NCBI GenBank assembly: GCA_020536535.1
Contig: JAHLWZ010000819.1
Location: 1-64,000, forward strand
Direction of reading: 5' to 3'
Length of the DNA: 64,000 nt
Source: Pelomyxa schiedti
Lineage: Eukaryota; Protista; Evosea
A program made the position numbers and the translations under genes. Below the pieces are notes generated by a model. It searched no databases. It had not been told where the DNA came from and saw nothing but the letters and a program-made list of their open reading frames with translations. This document shows positions 15,048 through 28,502 of the stretch, piece after piece; position 1 is the first letter of the stretch, and every line of letters begins with the position of its first letter.

Positions 15048-16421
15048 TCAAAGATGGAAGTGCGCCACAAGGCCATAGTGATCAGATGGGAACAGGTGAA
15101 CCGAGTGTGGAAGTGGGCCAAACGGGTGGTCTCCAATCACAGCACAGCAGGAAGGGGTCAGGTTTGTGCACCGGAACCAGATTCGATCAGGTCGCGCCCT
15201 CACAACCTGGCGCTTGTCCTGCATAGCCATGCTGTTTGTTGTGGTGTCAAACGTGAACCCTGCGTCTTCTACTTCGGGTGTTTGCGGAATTTGTGCTTGC
15301 TGGTTCTGGGGTGCGGAATTGGCCGCGGATATCCCGGGGCTGGAATTCGTCGCTGGGGTAGAGGGTGATGCGGAATTGGTGTGTGGAAGCGGGATTGTGT
15401 GGATCCGCGAGAATTGCCATGTGTCTGAGAATCCGTTCTCTGTGAGGGAGGGATGCTCCTCGTCACCCTCGAAGTTGGTGTCTGCCAGTATTAGGGTGTC
15501 ATTGCCAAGGTGTTGCTCGTGCAGGAACTGGAATATTTCATTCATTTGAAGTTCGCGGTACCGGGACCGATTAGCGATGCTCTCGAAGTGCATTCCAACT
15601 AAAGTCACTTGAATTCCGCCGTTGTGGTGACACTCAGAGGAGAGAGTTGATGACTCTTCTGAATGACTAGCTTGCAAGAAGAGCTGCATAAACATAGCTT
15701 TTCGGCCTTGTTCAGTTGTGAGAGGCACAAGAAATATTGGTTGAAAAACAGGTAATGTTGACACAATAGCCACTCCATAATCAAACCCACTCATTTCTTC
15801 AGAATACCTGCCCGAAGTATTGTTGGAATAATTAGAGAATGCAAAGGGATTAAAATACGTTATTGAGCACTTCTCTTTGATCCATTGATTAGCCTTGAGC
15901 ATCTCAACAAAGGGTGCTGTCACCTCCTGAAGTACCAGTACGTGGACGCCATAGGCTTGAGCCAGTTCAAGAAGTGCGTTGCACCTCTCCTTCATGTAGT
16001 ATTCTTTGAACCACACATTGTATGTACAAACTCTTAAAGGTCCTTCGTTCATGATTATTGGCCGGCGCGGCTCACCCACAGGGATTGACTTGGTCCATCC
16101 CCTATGTGCCTCAAACGTCATTGTGGGAACTGCATGGGGGTGCCTCCTCTGCAGGTGCATGGCCAGATTCCTACTGAGCAAGGACGGATCCCCACCTTCA
16201 AACCGCGGTCAGTCACAAGCCACTCCCCAACCCATAACGACGATATTGGTGCTGGAACCCGGGTGTGGGTTACCTCTGCTGACACAGGTAGGACACACTT
16301 GAGCCACGGAGTCAGAGGGGTGGGTCACAACCACGTGGTGAGCCAAATGCAGGTCGTTCATCGTTGCACCGCACAGAGGGCACACAGACGAAAACTCGAG
16401 AGGAACCAACCGTTGTGCCAT
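15048..16421 (-). CDS. TDP2-like EEP phosphodiesterase with N-terminal Di19-type zinc-finger pair
   Basis: EEP motifs TYNVWF, LQEVT, HFES, ADTN, FTFDT..N, RPDRIWF, FPSDHYGL. Exon 1 plus intron 16196-16273 gives CPLC..H..H..CPTC..GGDPS..HLQRRH. Confidence 0.88.
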
Positions 16422-16619
16422 TCCCCGACGGTTTTTTTTTTCTTTTCTTCGAAAACTGGTTGGTGGCCAGTCTTTCCTTTTTGTAGCACACAAGGAAGAC
16501 CCTAGTTGTGCCATAACAACCAGGGGATACGAATTCAGATTGCACAATTCGCGTGAATTAACGCTCTATTGCAAAATCAAAAGGGGTAGTTGTACAACAC
16601 CAGGATTTGGGAGAAGGTT

Positions 16620-17729
16620 TTAATCTGAGGGTGTGGGTGGTGGCTTTGGTGAATATGTTTCTCGTATTGTACCATAGATCGCGTTCATTGTGGAGGACAT
16701 ACCAGCAAAAGAAGTCATGGTCTGTGATTGCAGATTAGACAGAAGAGGTGGAAATATATTAAATATATCGAGGATACCCGTTCATAGACTTCCCTTAAGG
16801 CTTCATCAATTTCGTCATAGGTGTGTATAATTTCCTGGAAATAATTAATGCGGCGGTGTGGCAGCTCGAGTAGTGCACCTTTTTAATTTGATCATTCATG
16901 AATTCGTATGTCGATTTGTGTTGTTCCAATTTCCTCTCAGTAAGTTCACTATGCTCTACTGATTCTTTTCCTCTATTAATTCCCACTATGCTTTACAATG
17001 ATACCGACCAGATGCCAATTTTTGCTGCCATTTATCATAGTTAATTCTCTCAGTCTCCCGAAGAGCAATACTTTTCTAAGCCACATATTAGACGATGGGG
17101 AAAAGATTCCGCAAAAAACCTTAATGGAAGTGACAGACTGGTAAAATGAGGATACTTGCAGAGCTAGTCTATCCTGATTTGCCTGTACCATGAAGCATTA
17201 CAACATAAATAGAATCCATGTTGGCTGCAAGTCTCAGAACATTCATAACTGCACCACTGGGGAATACCTTGAAATTTTCTGTTGCTGACTTTAATGCAGG
17301 TATACAACCAGTCGAAACGGATAGAGTCTTGGAAATAGGAGCAGAGTCTGGCGGTGTGGGGGTGCCATGTGCAACTACACTTTGCGCTCTAGTCCAAACC
17401 ACAACTGACTGCTCCGTAGTTAGTTAGTGCATAGTTATACAAGAGTTTTAACCTCCAAAGACCCAAAAAGTGCTGTGGTTTTTTTTTCAAAAAAAAATTA
17501 AAAAAAACAGGTTAGGGACGAGCATTTGAAAGAAGTGCCGGCACACACGTTTCATTTGGATGCAAGTAAGACGGCTCAGGGGGTCACACAGCGCCCGCAA
17601 CGGCGGCAACAGGCTCTCAAACGCCAACTTGGTGCTGTCGAAAGCTGGGTCCACAGTTTTTTCGAGACTCCCAATGGACTGTTGCAGCTTGACCTTCTCC
17701 CGGCCAACGACTTTGGCTATGGCCCGCAT
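16620..17729 (-). CDS. BAR-domain protein, multi-exon
   Basis: Amphipathic start MRAIAKVVGREKVKLQQSIGSLEKTVDPAFD, BAR-like KSIALRETERINYDKWQQKL and TYEFMNDQIKK; ends PKPPPTPSD*. Confidence 0.7.
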
Positions 17730-17864
17730 TCCCGCACAAGTTTCGGTTTTTTCCAGATTTGCTTGGAACCGGTTCCTTCGGTTCAATTAACCACATTTCT
17801 CTCCCCAATTCTCATCTCGTGCTTGAGGCAGGGCCAAGTGGGCATGTGAATCGGACAAAGGTGA

Positions 17865-19186
<1,322 letters not shown>

Positions 19187-19207
19187 AGCACTCCCACAAT
19201 GTACAGA

Positions 19208-19437
19208 CAACAACCAGGAGCTACAGCGACGAACCTCCAGTGAAGCAACACGCGGAAAGGCTGGGAGTCTTGTAGAATGTGGTAAGCACAGGGCTCTATC
19301 TCCCCTCCTCTCGTTCCTGATGTGCCACTGGTTTGGCCACCTGGAACCAGGTCGAGCTGGGGGGAAGGACCCTATTACCTGCCGAGACACACCCCCTTTC
19401 CGTGCTCCTGTGGTTCTTCGCTACGTCTGGTTGTTTG
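19208..19437 (+). other. Long imperfect RNA hairpin in the actin 3' region
   Basis: Nested complementary arms: 19209-17/19427-35, 19225-35/19412-22, 19251-60/19395-404, 19267-72/19383-88, 19281-85/19375-79, 19290-93/19370-73. Confidence 0.7.
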
Positions 19438-19541
19438 CCCAGTAAAAACACATAAAAAAAAAACCATGTGAATTCAATGCGCTGTCTTGCTGTTTTTTTT
19501 TTCCCCGTTCTTCAGGGTTTTTTTCCCTCGAACACGAAAAC

Positions 19542-20817
19542 ATGGAGCGGCGCGTAGTCGTTTGCGTTGGCGTGGTGGCGCTCGTGGTGATGGCTGCCAG
19601 CGCCAAGTTGGTGACGGTGCGCAACGACGCCCCGTTTTACGACGACGCGGGGAGCATCATCGACTCACACGACGGCAGCGTGCAACAGTTCGAGGCCGGG
19701 GGGTTGTTTTACATGCACACCATGCAATACGGCGACTGCTTGGAGCCGCTCAAGTACCAAACAAACCTCTTCTGTGTTTCTTTTACACTCTGTGGCGTAA
19801 TAATGGGTTCTTAATCTGTAGCGGGCTGTGACAACATCTTGACCATTTTCCCCAGATATGGGTGCGATAGTGCACCTGATGGATGTGGATTTCATAGGGA
19901 CCACAACATATCAGTCTGGGTTTCATCTGACCTTACCAGCGGGTCGTGGCACTTTGAAGGCCATGCTATCGAGCCTGATCAAAGGCCCCCAGGTGTTGTT
20001 TTTAGGCCACACTTGGTCTACAACCCAAATACCTTCAAGTATGTACTATGGTGGAACTGGTATGATGCAGACTCAGGATCAGATGCACCACACTTGCTCG
20101 CAGTTGCTACTTCAGACTCTCCAAGTGGACCTTTCACTCTACAGAACGAAGCTGTGAATACAACTCGGGCTTCTCAGAGTGGTGACTTTGCTCTCTTTGT
20201 CGATCTGGATGGCACTGGCTACGTAACATATAGCTGGGACTACGTGATCAGCATTGAGCAGCTCACTCCAGATTTTATATACACCACCGGAAAGACATCC
20301 AGTATTTTCAGTGAGTACTTTGTAGAAGCACCTGTGATGTTTGGCCGCGCAACTGGTTCTACCTACTATTACTATGTACTATTTGGGTGGTGCTGCTGCT
20401 TCTGCATGCAAGGCAGTGGAATAATGGTACACAAGGCAGAGTCTCCCCTCGGTCCCTACGTCACCCAGTCTGGTGACATTGCCTGCACAGAATCAACCCT
20501 TGATGCAGGTGCTTTCCCAACACCAGGGCAAGGCTGCCAGTATGCGGACCCTGAATCCACCTCCGTCACCAAGTCACAGCAGAACTATGTGTTCCCTGTT
20601 TCAACACTGACTGGAGTTGAGTACATATGGACAGGAGATAGGTGGCAACAAAGGTATGAAGGCGGTACCATTCAACGCATTAATTCAGTTCTCTCCTCCC
20701 AGCCCTGATGGCCTTAAAAGCCATGATCCCCAGTACTGGGTTCCTCTAGAATTCACTTCCTCTGGAGATATCCTCCCGGTCTCGTGGATAGACAGCTTCA
20801 CCCTTGATTTGCCATAG
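19542..20817 (+). CDS. Secreted glycoside hydrolase family 43 (five-bladed propeller) protein
   Basis: Signal peptide; IDSHDG, RPHLVYNP..YVLW, VATSDSPSGPF, GDFALFVD.DG.GY, EAPVMF, SQQNYV, TGDRW, YWVPLEF. Confidence 0.82.
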
Positions 20818-20887
20818 AAATAGCGAAGGCATATCTCGTTGTAATTGTACTAATGAAGGAACAAAAGAAAGCTCTAAAACACATAAA

Positions 20888-22849
20888 TCATGAATTTTTG
20901 AAAACATCCACAATCCAGAGAGGCCAAGTCTCTGGTTCTACATTCTCTGCAGTACAACGTTGATACAGTGCATCCAGGTCTACATTTGGTTCCCTGCGAT
21001 GCTGTTAGGCAAAAACCCAACACAATGGTGACTTACAAGCCTACAAGGGCAGACTGTATTTTTATTGATTTGCCGAGAGCAATGAAATACTTCTTCTTGT
21101 AGGATTCCAGCTCCCTCCTTGTGTCATCAGTGTTTGGAGATCCCTCAGTGTGGTGGGGAGTCTCTGTAGAACTTGTGGTAGTTGTGGTAGATGTTATAGC
21201 CCTTGTGGCAAGAAGCTTCTCTACACGTGAGACGTGCTCCTCTTTTACCTGCAGCTCAGTTTGTAGCCTTTCCATCTGGCAGAGGGATTTAGTCAGAGCC
21301 TTGATTAACACTGATTACCTCACCGGCCAGGATTGCACTATGGGCTTGATACGCAGCTATTTTTTCTGCCATTGGTTTGTTTATTGGGTCCACATGTTCT
21401 GTCAAAAGAGGATGAAGAGTTTTCTGAAAAGCGGATTAAAATTACTCTCAAAAGGGGGAAAAACCTGTGCTGTACTAATTGCTTCATTTGCCATTGTAAC
21501 TCTTTCTTTCAATAAATTTTCTGCATAAGCTGCCCTGCATCTCAAATTGTCGTTTTGAATGTGAAGCTCTACAAGTTCATTGGAAAGCTTTGTTTTTTGT
21601 GGGGGAGGAGGAAAGGAGTAAATGTATAAGTTCTAAGCGATTGGGGTACCGTTTCAATTTGGGAATGGAAAACATCATTAATATCCATTAATTTTCTTTT
21701 TTCGTTTTCAGTGTCTGTCAGAGCTTTTTGTTGTGTTTGGCAAACCTACAGTTGTCACTGGAATCCAAATTTTCAATGAAGTTTCAACCTGCATTTGCTC
21801 TGACAATTTTGCATTGGATTCAAGAAGGCTTGAAGAAATTGATCTTTCTTTTTCTACAGCAGAGGACTGGTGTTGCTAAGGGGCAAGTTGGCACCACAAT
21901 AAAATGAATAGAGATAACTTGAATATCCTTGAAGGATGTGGTGAGTAAGAAAGATAGCAAATTTTCACTACATGAAGGGATGCAAGCTGCTGTCTAGCGG
22001 CAGCTAGTTCTTGCTTGGTGGCAGCTAATTCTTGCCTATGAAAAATGATTTATTGCAATAGAAAAGATTGTATACTTCATTAGCAATAATTCGGTATCTT
22101 TGGTGCTGCATTGCAGTCTGAAAGAGAGACATTACCTTAAACTTGTACATCTCAGAAAGGTTATACCTTAGATTGTTTATTTCCATATCTTTGCTAAGCT
22201 TTTGAAATTTAAAGGCTGAATAAGAAAGACAGTAAAAAAAAGTATGGCAGCAGAATACCAATGCGGCTTGCACTTCATCACCAGTGTTACCTGTATCCAC
22301 GGAAACTGCCAATACTTGTGTTTGAATTGCTTTCACCCTTCAAAATTACAATCTAAAAAAATGCCACTATGCAGGCATACCATCTTCTCATCTCTTCTGC
22401 ACTTCCAGCCTTGAATTCATAACTTCGTTGGTGTGTTACAATTTGAAAGACATCATCCTTGATGCAGTGTTATGAAAAGACAGAGTAAGACAGTTTCAGG
22501 CTCACTTTTTCTGCTTCCACTTTAGAAACAGATCGCAAGTCTATAGACTCGGTGCTCTTAGGTGCGACTATGACGAACAAGCAATTTCCAAAAAAAAAAA
22601 GAGAAAACCGGGTTAGGGACAAGGCATAGTTGTTAAGACAGCCAAATTGCACAAGATCTCATACTGTTTGTCTTTGAGCAGTGCCACGTGTAGCCATCAT
22701 CGGCCAGATAATACCAATGCTTTCGCAGGTGAAGCCCTTTTTTCACCAGCCAACCCTGTTGACACATGTGCCGGGGTTTTAGAGTGTCATTCAATTCTTT
22801 GGCAATGAAGACACACATCGAGCTCGGTGGTCAGCGTCCTTCTTGCCAT
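20888..22849 (-). CDS. PH-domain + coiled-coil protein
   Basis: Spliced start MARRTLTTELD|GWLVKKGLHLRKHWYYL is PH-like, followed by coiled-coil exons; ends VDLDALYQRCTAENVEPETWPLWIVDVFKNS*. Confidence 0.7.
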
Positions 22850-22913
22850 TCGTCGTTGTGTGACAGAAGAAACTGAAAAATTTTCGGGTGCCAAAAGGAG
22901 AACGGAACAAACG

Positions 22914-25284
22914 ATGCAAGATCCAGTAGTGGACGTTACGACCGGAGCGCCGACGAAGCAAAAACCGCACGCACTTGTTCTAGAAGAACGAAGGAGATTG
23001 CTGTGAGTTTTTTTTTTCCCCACCGTGACGGCGGCGTCGTGTGTACTGCGGTGCGGGTCTGATTTGGCTACTACTACCACTACAGGCAGTTGAAGAGAGA
23101 ACGCGCAGAAAAAATCAGCAAGAAATTGGCTGATCAGGCTGCGGCAGCGAACGTGCGCACGCCACTTAGTACACCCAGACGACCTCAGACTGCAAAGACT
23201 CTGCACAGTTTAGCTAGGTTTGAGGCTAAGGCGTGTGGCTCGATTGGTGTGGCGTGCCAGCGTGTAATGACTGACTGTCTTTAGGCTCAGTTGAGGAATG
23301 AGAAACTGAGAGCAAGTCTTCGTAATCTACAAAGTAATTTGCTGTCGTACAACTTAGCGGATGATACGTTGCATCATGCCAAGGTTCGTTCCTGCTCGGT
23401 CTTGTTGAACAAAATAAATGAACTTAGAAAGACTTCCAAGTGTACTTAAGACAGCAGCTCATGCAACAAGAACAGCCCAACTCGTCCCCGGTTCGCGTGT
23501 CTGTTCTTAGTTAATATGCCTACCCACTTAGGGCAGGAATTCTGCTCTACACTCCAATGCACCTTCAGCAGTGCAATATGCTCCGTATACGCCTGCTCCT
23601 AGGCCAACACCCACCAAAGCAAGCCATTTTAAGCTTTCCATTCTTTCTTTTTAAAACAGAACTAGGCCCCTTTGTCTGTTGAATTACTTCATAAACGAAA
23701 AATGCTGGAACAAAACTTGATTCGCTCAATTTTGACCCCAAGTGAATTTCCTTGAATCTCACATACAATATCAACTCTATTTCATGCACAGGAAATAACT
23801 ACCCCTCGTCTGCTAAACAACCTTGGTCTACTCCACACCATTCAGATGACCCACTGGGTTCCTTATCTCCGTTTGGCAGAGGAGAACCCATACTCAAGTC
23901 AAATACTACATCACTCAATGGCTCACTCGTGGAGCCACCTTTTCCACACCCCACGTCATCGTTTCCTCCTCAATTGCACACAAACGCAACTGAATTTGTT
24001 ATTGACGAGACACCCAATCTTGATGCTGATGCCGAAGATGCTGTAGATGAAGCAGAGCTGGATGCTATTTGTGCAGCTGATGGCATGGACAATTCCAGTC
24101 CTGCTGACGAAATAGATAATTCAAACCTTGCCAACGACAACACCCATGACAGTGCAAGGTCCGGAAATAGTCAAGGGAACCCTGACGACAGAGAAGAGGC
24201 CGCCCGGGTCTCGGCGCCGTCAAACCTGAGTAATCACGCCACTTTTCCCCACTCCCCTACCCACCCAGCGAGATCTCATCTTGGTAGTTCTGCTGGTACT
24301 AAGGTACGGAAGAACTTAATCAACTTTTGCGGCTAATTCATGTTTTAGACTCAAGATGGGTCTGCAGAGCAAGGTCCCCCTACTGCCAATTCACCCAACA
24401 TGACTTCACCGGCATCTAAACAAAATCAGCCACGCTTTTCTTCAAAACCGGTTCATTCAGAAGCACCTAAGGTTGCAGCACCGAAACCCACTCAGCAATA
24501 TAAAATGGCACTTCCGACATCACCAGAATCCCAGCAACCCAAATTACATTCACAATCGCAGTCGCGCTCGCAATCTCAGTCACGCTCACAATCTCAATCA
24601 CAGTCTCGATCGCAATCCCGACCCCTCTCCCAGGCACCCTCTGCAGCCCCATCCGCGTTACAAATGCAACCCCAACGTTCAGAGCCAACTTCAAATGTCG
24701 CATCATCGGAACACTCAACACCTCCGCAAGCACTCTCCTCTAGAGATCCACCGTCTCAAGAAGAACCACAAGTTACTCCATATTCCCAGCCCCAGTCCCA
24801 GTCCCAGTCCCAGTCCCAGTCCCAGTCCCAGTCCCAGTCCCGGTCACAATCCATGGAGTATGCAGCACCACCACAGCCTACAAAGCTAACACTCAAGTTT
24901 GGAACTGATAACCGGGCTATGGAAGCACTGGCAAGAGAAGTTCAGAGAAAAGCGGATATGTCAGGCAGCATGAACAGCGAGTACGGGGATGAATATGAAA
25001 ACCAAGATGGAGAAAGCCAACTGGGAGGCATTCATCGCGGCGTTGATGAGACTGAGACAGATGTGAGCGTTTTCAATGGACCCAACGGGATCAAGCTCGC
25101 CAAGGGCTCACACAACACTGAGAACGAGTACCAAGAAGGTGGGGAAAGTGGTGGTGGTAGCTACCAGGAAAACTTTGAAGAGGACAGCAGCGGAGGTTTG
25201 CCCAAACTCCGATCACCCCTTAACCAGACAACCTCCTCATTGACCAAGTCACATGCTGACTCTTTTGATGATGACTTTGTCTAG
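22914..25284 (+). CDS. Hypothetical protein: N-terminal coiled coil + long Q/S/P low-complexity region
   Basis: ATG 22914; spliced LEERRRLL|QLKRER..RFEAK|AQLRNEKLRASL; long terminal exons with (QS)n tracts. Confidence 0.65.
24790..24841 (+). repeat. (CAGTCC)n coding microsatellite (Gln-Ser)
   Basis: About 8 perfect hexamers inside the exon. Confidence 0.9.
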
Positions 25285-25405
25285 CCACACCAGGTGAAAT
25301 CATCATTAAAAAAAAAAAAACTCAAATAATGTACTGGTTTCTTAGTTGTATAGCTCTCTGAGAATCGAGACTTACTGTGGATAGCCAGATCGTTCTGGGC
25401 TCGGA

Positions 25406-28400
25406 ATGGACTTGAGGCACCACAGATCGGAGCCAGAAGAAACGAAGAGCCACACTCGGAGGCTGGCGCAGAGTGATGCTCAAAGCTTCCACCCCAACAA
25501 ACTCAGTTGTGGGTTCGTTACCTTTGGATGTTTTCCCGATTGAAGATTTCTTTTTTTTCCAGATTCGAACGACGAACAGCACCGGAGGCATTAAGGGAAA
25601 AAAAAAAAAAACAAACTGGTGTCACGTACACCGCCACTTTGACATTTGGTTGCCGGCAACTAATGACCCAAACACACGCCTCGATGGAAGAGGTTGTGTA
25701 CTTTTATTGTAATATGAATAAAAATTGGGGACAACAAGTGTTTTTTTTTTTTTTCTAAGTCCCTGCAAAACCAACCACCTGTATTGCAATTCTGAATAAT
25801 GACCAAGTCAATTCACTGTAGGTGGATTACTTCCTAAGAGCCAAAAACACCATGGTGGACATGTGGAAGACGTTCCAAAACTACGTCGACCCAGCACCAC
25901 TCTCGTCATCGTGGCCACTACCCAACACCGAAGTGATGTCATCGGCCGCACAGCCGCCTCTGCCAACGCTCCCCCAGCTACCATCAGTTTCAGTTTCCAC
26001 TGCATTGCTGGCGCCGGCAAGTTCACCAACGCCACCACCCCCAACAACATCCTCACTCGCTTCCGCACTCAAAAACGCCGGCACAGTTGCGCCTACTACT
26101 ACTGCCTCTGCTGCAAAGGCCACCCCCGCTATAGTAATCACAAGCGCTGCTGTGGATAATCCCGAACAAAACGGAAGCGATGCTATAGGGGAAACTACAG
26201 CTGTGATTGGGGTGTCCAGCACAACAACTGGTGGGGATAGTGCCACTGTTGGGAACAATTATGTACAGACTCTACCATTAGTGCAGGCTCCGGTTTCCAC
26301 CACACCTCCCAATGCACTTACTGTAACTCCCGAAACAACCTCAACTCCGCCTTCCTCAAGTTGCACTACACCCTCAACTCTTGCGGTCGCCACTGCAATA
26401 CCTCCTCCGGAGGCGAGCGCACTATTCCCGCAAACACCAACAGTACCGCCGCGAAAAAATCGCCCTACTAGGTCCCCCTCAGTCCCTGCGATATTTGCCT
26501 CTTTATCATCCCGTTTTGGGGATGGAGAATCTCCTTCCTCCACACCTTCTCAGCCGCCTGCCAATACTAATCAGGCTACAGGTGATCCTAATCAACCAGC
26601 TTCAACACCACCACCTATTCACCTTGCTTCCACTCCCTCATCCACTCAACCAGCATCCCTCCGACCCCGAACTGCCATATTTCCTCCTCTCCGTACATCT
26701 TTTAATTCAACGAACACCTTTTTTTCTGGAATCTTCAGTCCTTCACCAGATGCTCAACCTTCAGCTCCACCCACAAATTCCACACAACCAACTTCCTCAC
26801 ATCAGCGGTCAGAATCCCCTCTGCGAATGTCTTCTCTTAGCTCACTGCGAGAAATGATAACAACTATGTTGCCGAACACCTCTGGCGTTACAAGTAACAA
26901 GAATCCTCCCAGCCCACTCGTCTAACTTTGCTATAGGCCAGTTTACCTCACAAACACCTACTTCTCACTCGCTTAACAGCTCCCCCCGCTCCCCCCGTTC
27001 CACCACTTCCTCCACCCTGTCACCTCTTGCTATACCTCCACATTCCAAAACTCCAACAATTCCCACTGAATTGTCACGGCAGCGTTATAACGCGAGTCCT
27101 CTTCCTCAGAAGCCAACTGCAGATTGGCATGCAGAAACTCTAAAGATATGGAATAGAAAATTAGAGGACCTCCCTGTAGCCATAGATTTACCACGCTTAT
27201 GCACACATATATCTGTTTTTGACTGCACGAACCGTAAGTTCATGTGACTTCTTGGTTTCTTTCCTCCTACCCCAATTTTAGTAGTCCACCCTCTTCCACC
27301 TGAGATAGATTGTTTCGCACCAAGTTTATCACAGGGTAAATAACATGGCGTGTAGTATTTTTTTTTTTAATGATCACAGGCCGACCAACATCAACTTATC
27401 TAAACCAACTCCTTGCTACAATGGCTTTTGTACTTGATGGGCAAGAGAGCTATGATATTCTTAACTGTGAATTTGGTACGCCTCTTTCCTCCAGGATGTC
27501 TCTAAATTGGTTCCAGGTAAGTGGATAAAATCGGCAGATATCTCAGAACAAAAAACTGCAATTATAGGATTACTTACCGTATGTCTGATTGATTCCTCAC
27601 TTTCTAATCTTCCTTTTTAGGAAAAACTTAGCACCAGTAGACTCTCAGGTGTACTGAAAGGAATCAATCAATCCATTTTAGCTCCAGCCAACATTGAACT
27701 TAGACTGAATATGTGTATTGCGTTGCCGTTCAAAGATTCCCGTACAGTGGAGCCAGATTCAATTCAATAGTTAATTCCCTTTAGAAACCAATGTTTGGGA
27801 AATAGAAGTGTTCAGATATGACGATAACATTGAGGTAATTCATAGGCGGCGACAAGTCAATGTGGATTCAAGAAAAGAGGAGGAGTACTTTGAATTCACT
27901 TGGGAACTTATTCTGGTTGCGTCCCTTCCAATCCCGCCCCCTTGTAATATCCCCACAGTTATTTGACCAGACTGCCACAACGCTTAGACACAGCAGCATT
28001 AACATTCGGGAGTTTAAATTCGGACCTAAAACCAGTGAAGACCGGAAACAGCTTGTCACTGCCCTGTTCCACCCATACATGTTCCCCAATCCTCCCAAAA
28101 AGTCCAAGCTTATCTTCCCAATCAAGAGACCTGAAGGGGATGGGGAAGGAAGCCCCGCTCCCCTCACCTCCAACACCACAACACCCACAACACCAACAAC
28201 CTTCGCATCAACATCAACTGAAACAAGCACCGAAACCGTCACAAACACAACAACAAGCACAAACCCAAATCCAATGACACCAGACACCACCTCACAAGAG
28301 CACACCAAGCCTCCCGTCGTAGAAGCTCCGCAAAGTGACCAAAGCCTGTCGAGTTCACCAGACACCACTCCAAGAATCATATACACACCCAAACCACTTT

Positions 28401-28450
28401 CACCCCCACCACCCACAGCACCAGAAACAACCAAAAATGCCACTGAATAG
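25406..28450 (+). CDS. Hypothetical P/S/T-rich protein with a C-terminal domain resembling the amoebozoan GlfB-C-like domain
   Basis: Long low-complexity exon 25822-26920, then ordered exons VLKGINQSILAPANIELRL..LPFKD..WEIEV..VIHRR..FEFTWEL. Family match is from memory; start uncertain. Confidence 0.6.
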
Positions 28451-28502
28451 AAAAATGTGGTTGGGCTGTTGCCACCATTTTGTACAAAAATGAGAATTAC
28501 AC

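Noticed and set aside
16722-16777. U12-type intron in the BAR gene (donor GTATCCTC)
   Set aside because: The donor deviates from GTATCCTT, there is no TCCTTAAC branch site, and a U2-like CTAAT is present. Likely chance given the degenerate donors.
19208-19437. Actin-downstream hairpin as SRP RNA
   Set aside because: It contains CCAGGTCG..AGCTGG, but the helix-8 GNRA tetraloop and AGCAG motif are absent and no Alu domain is evident.
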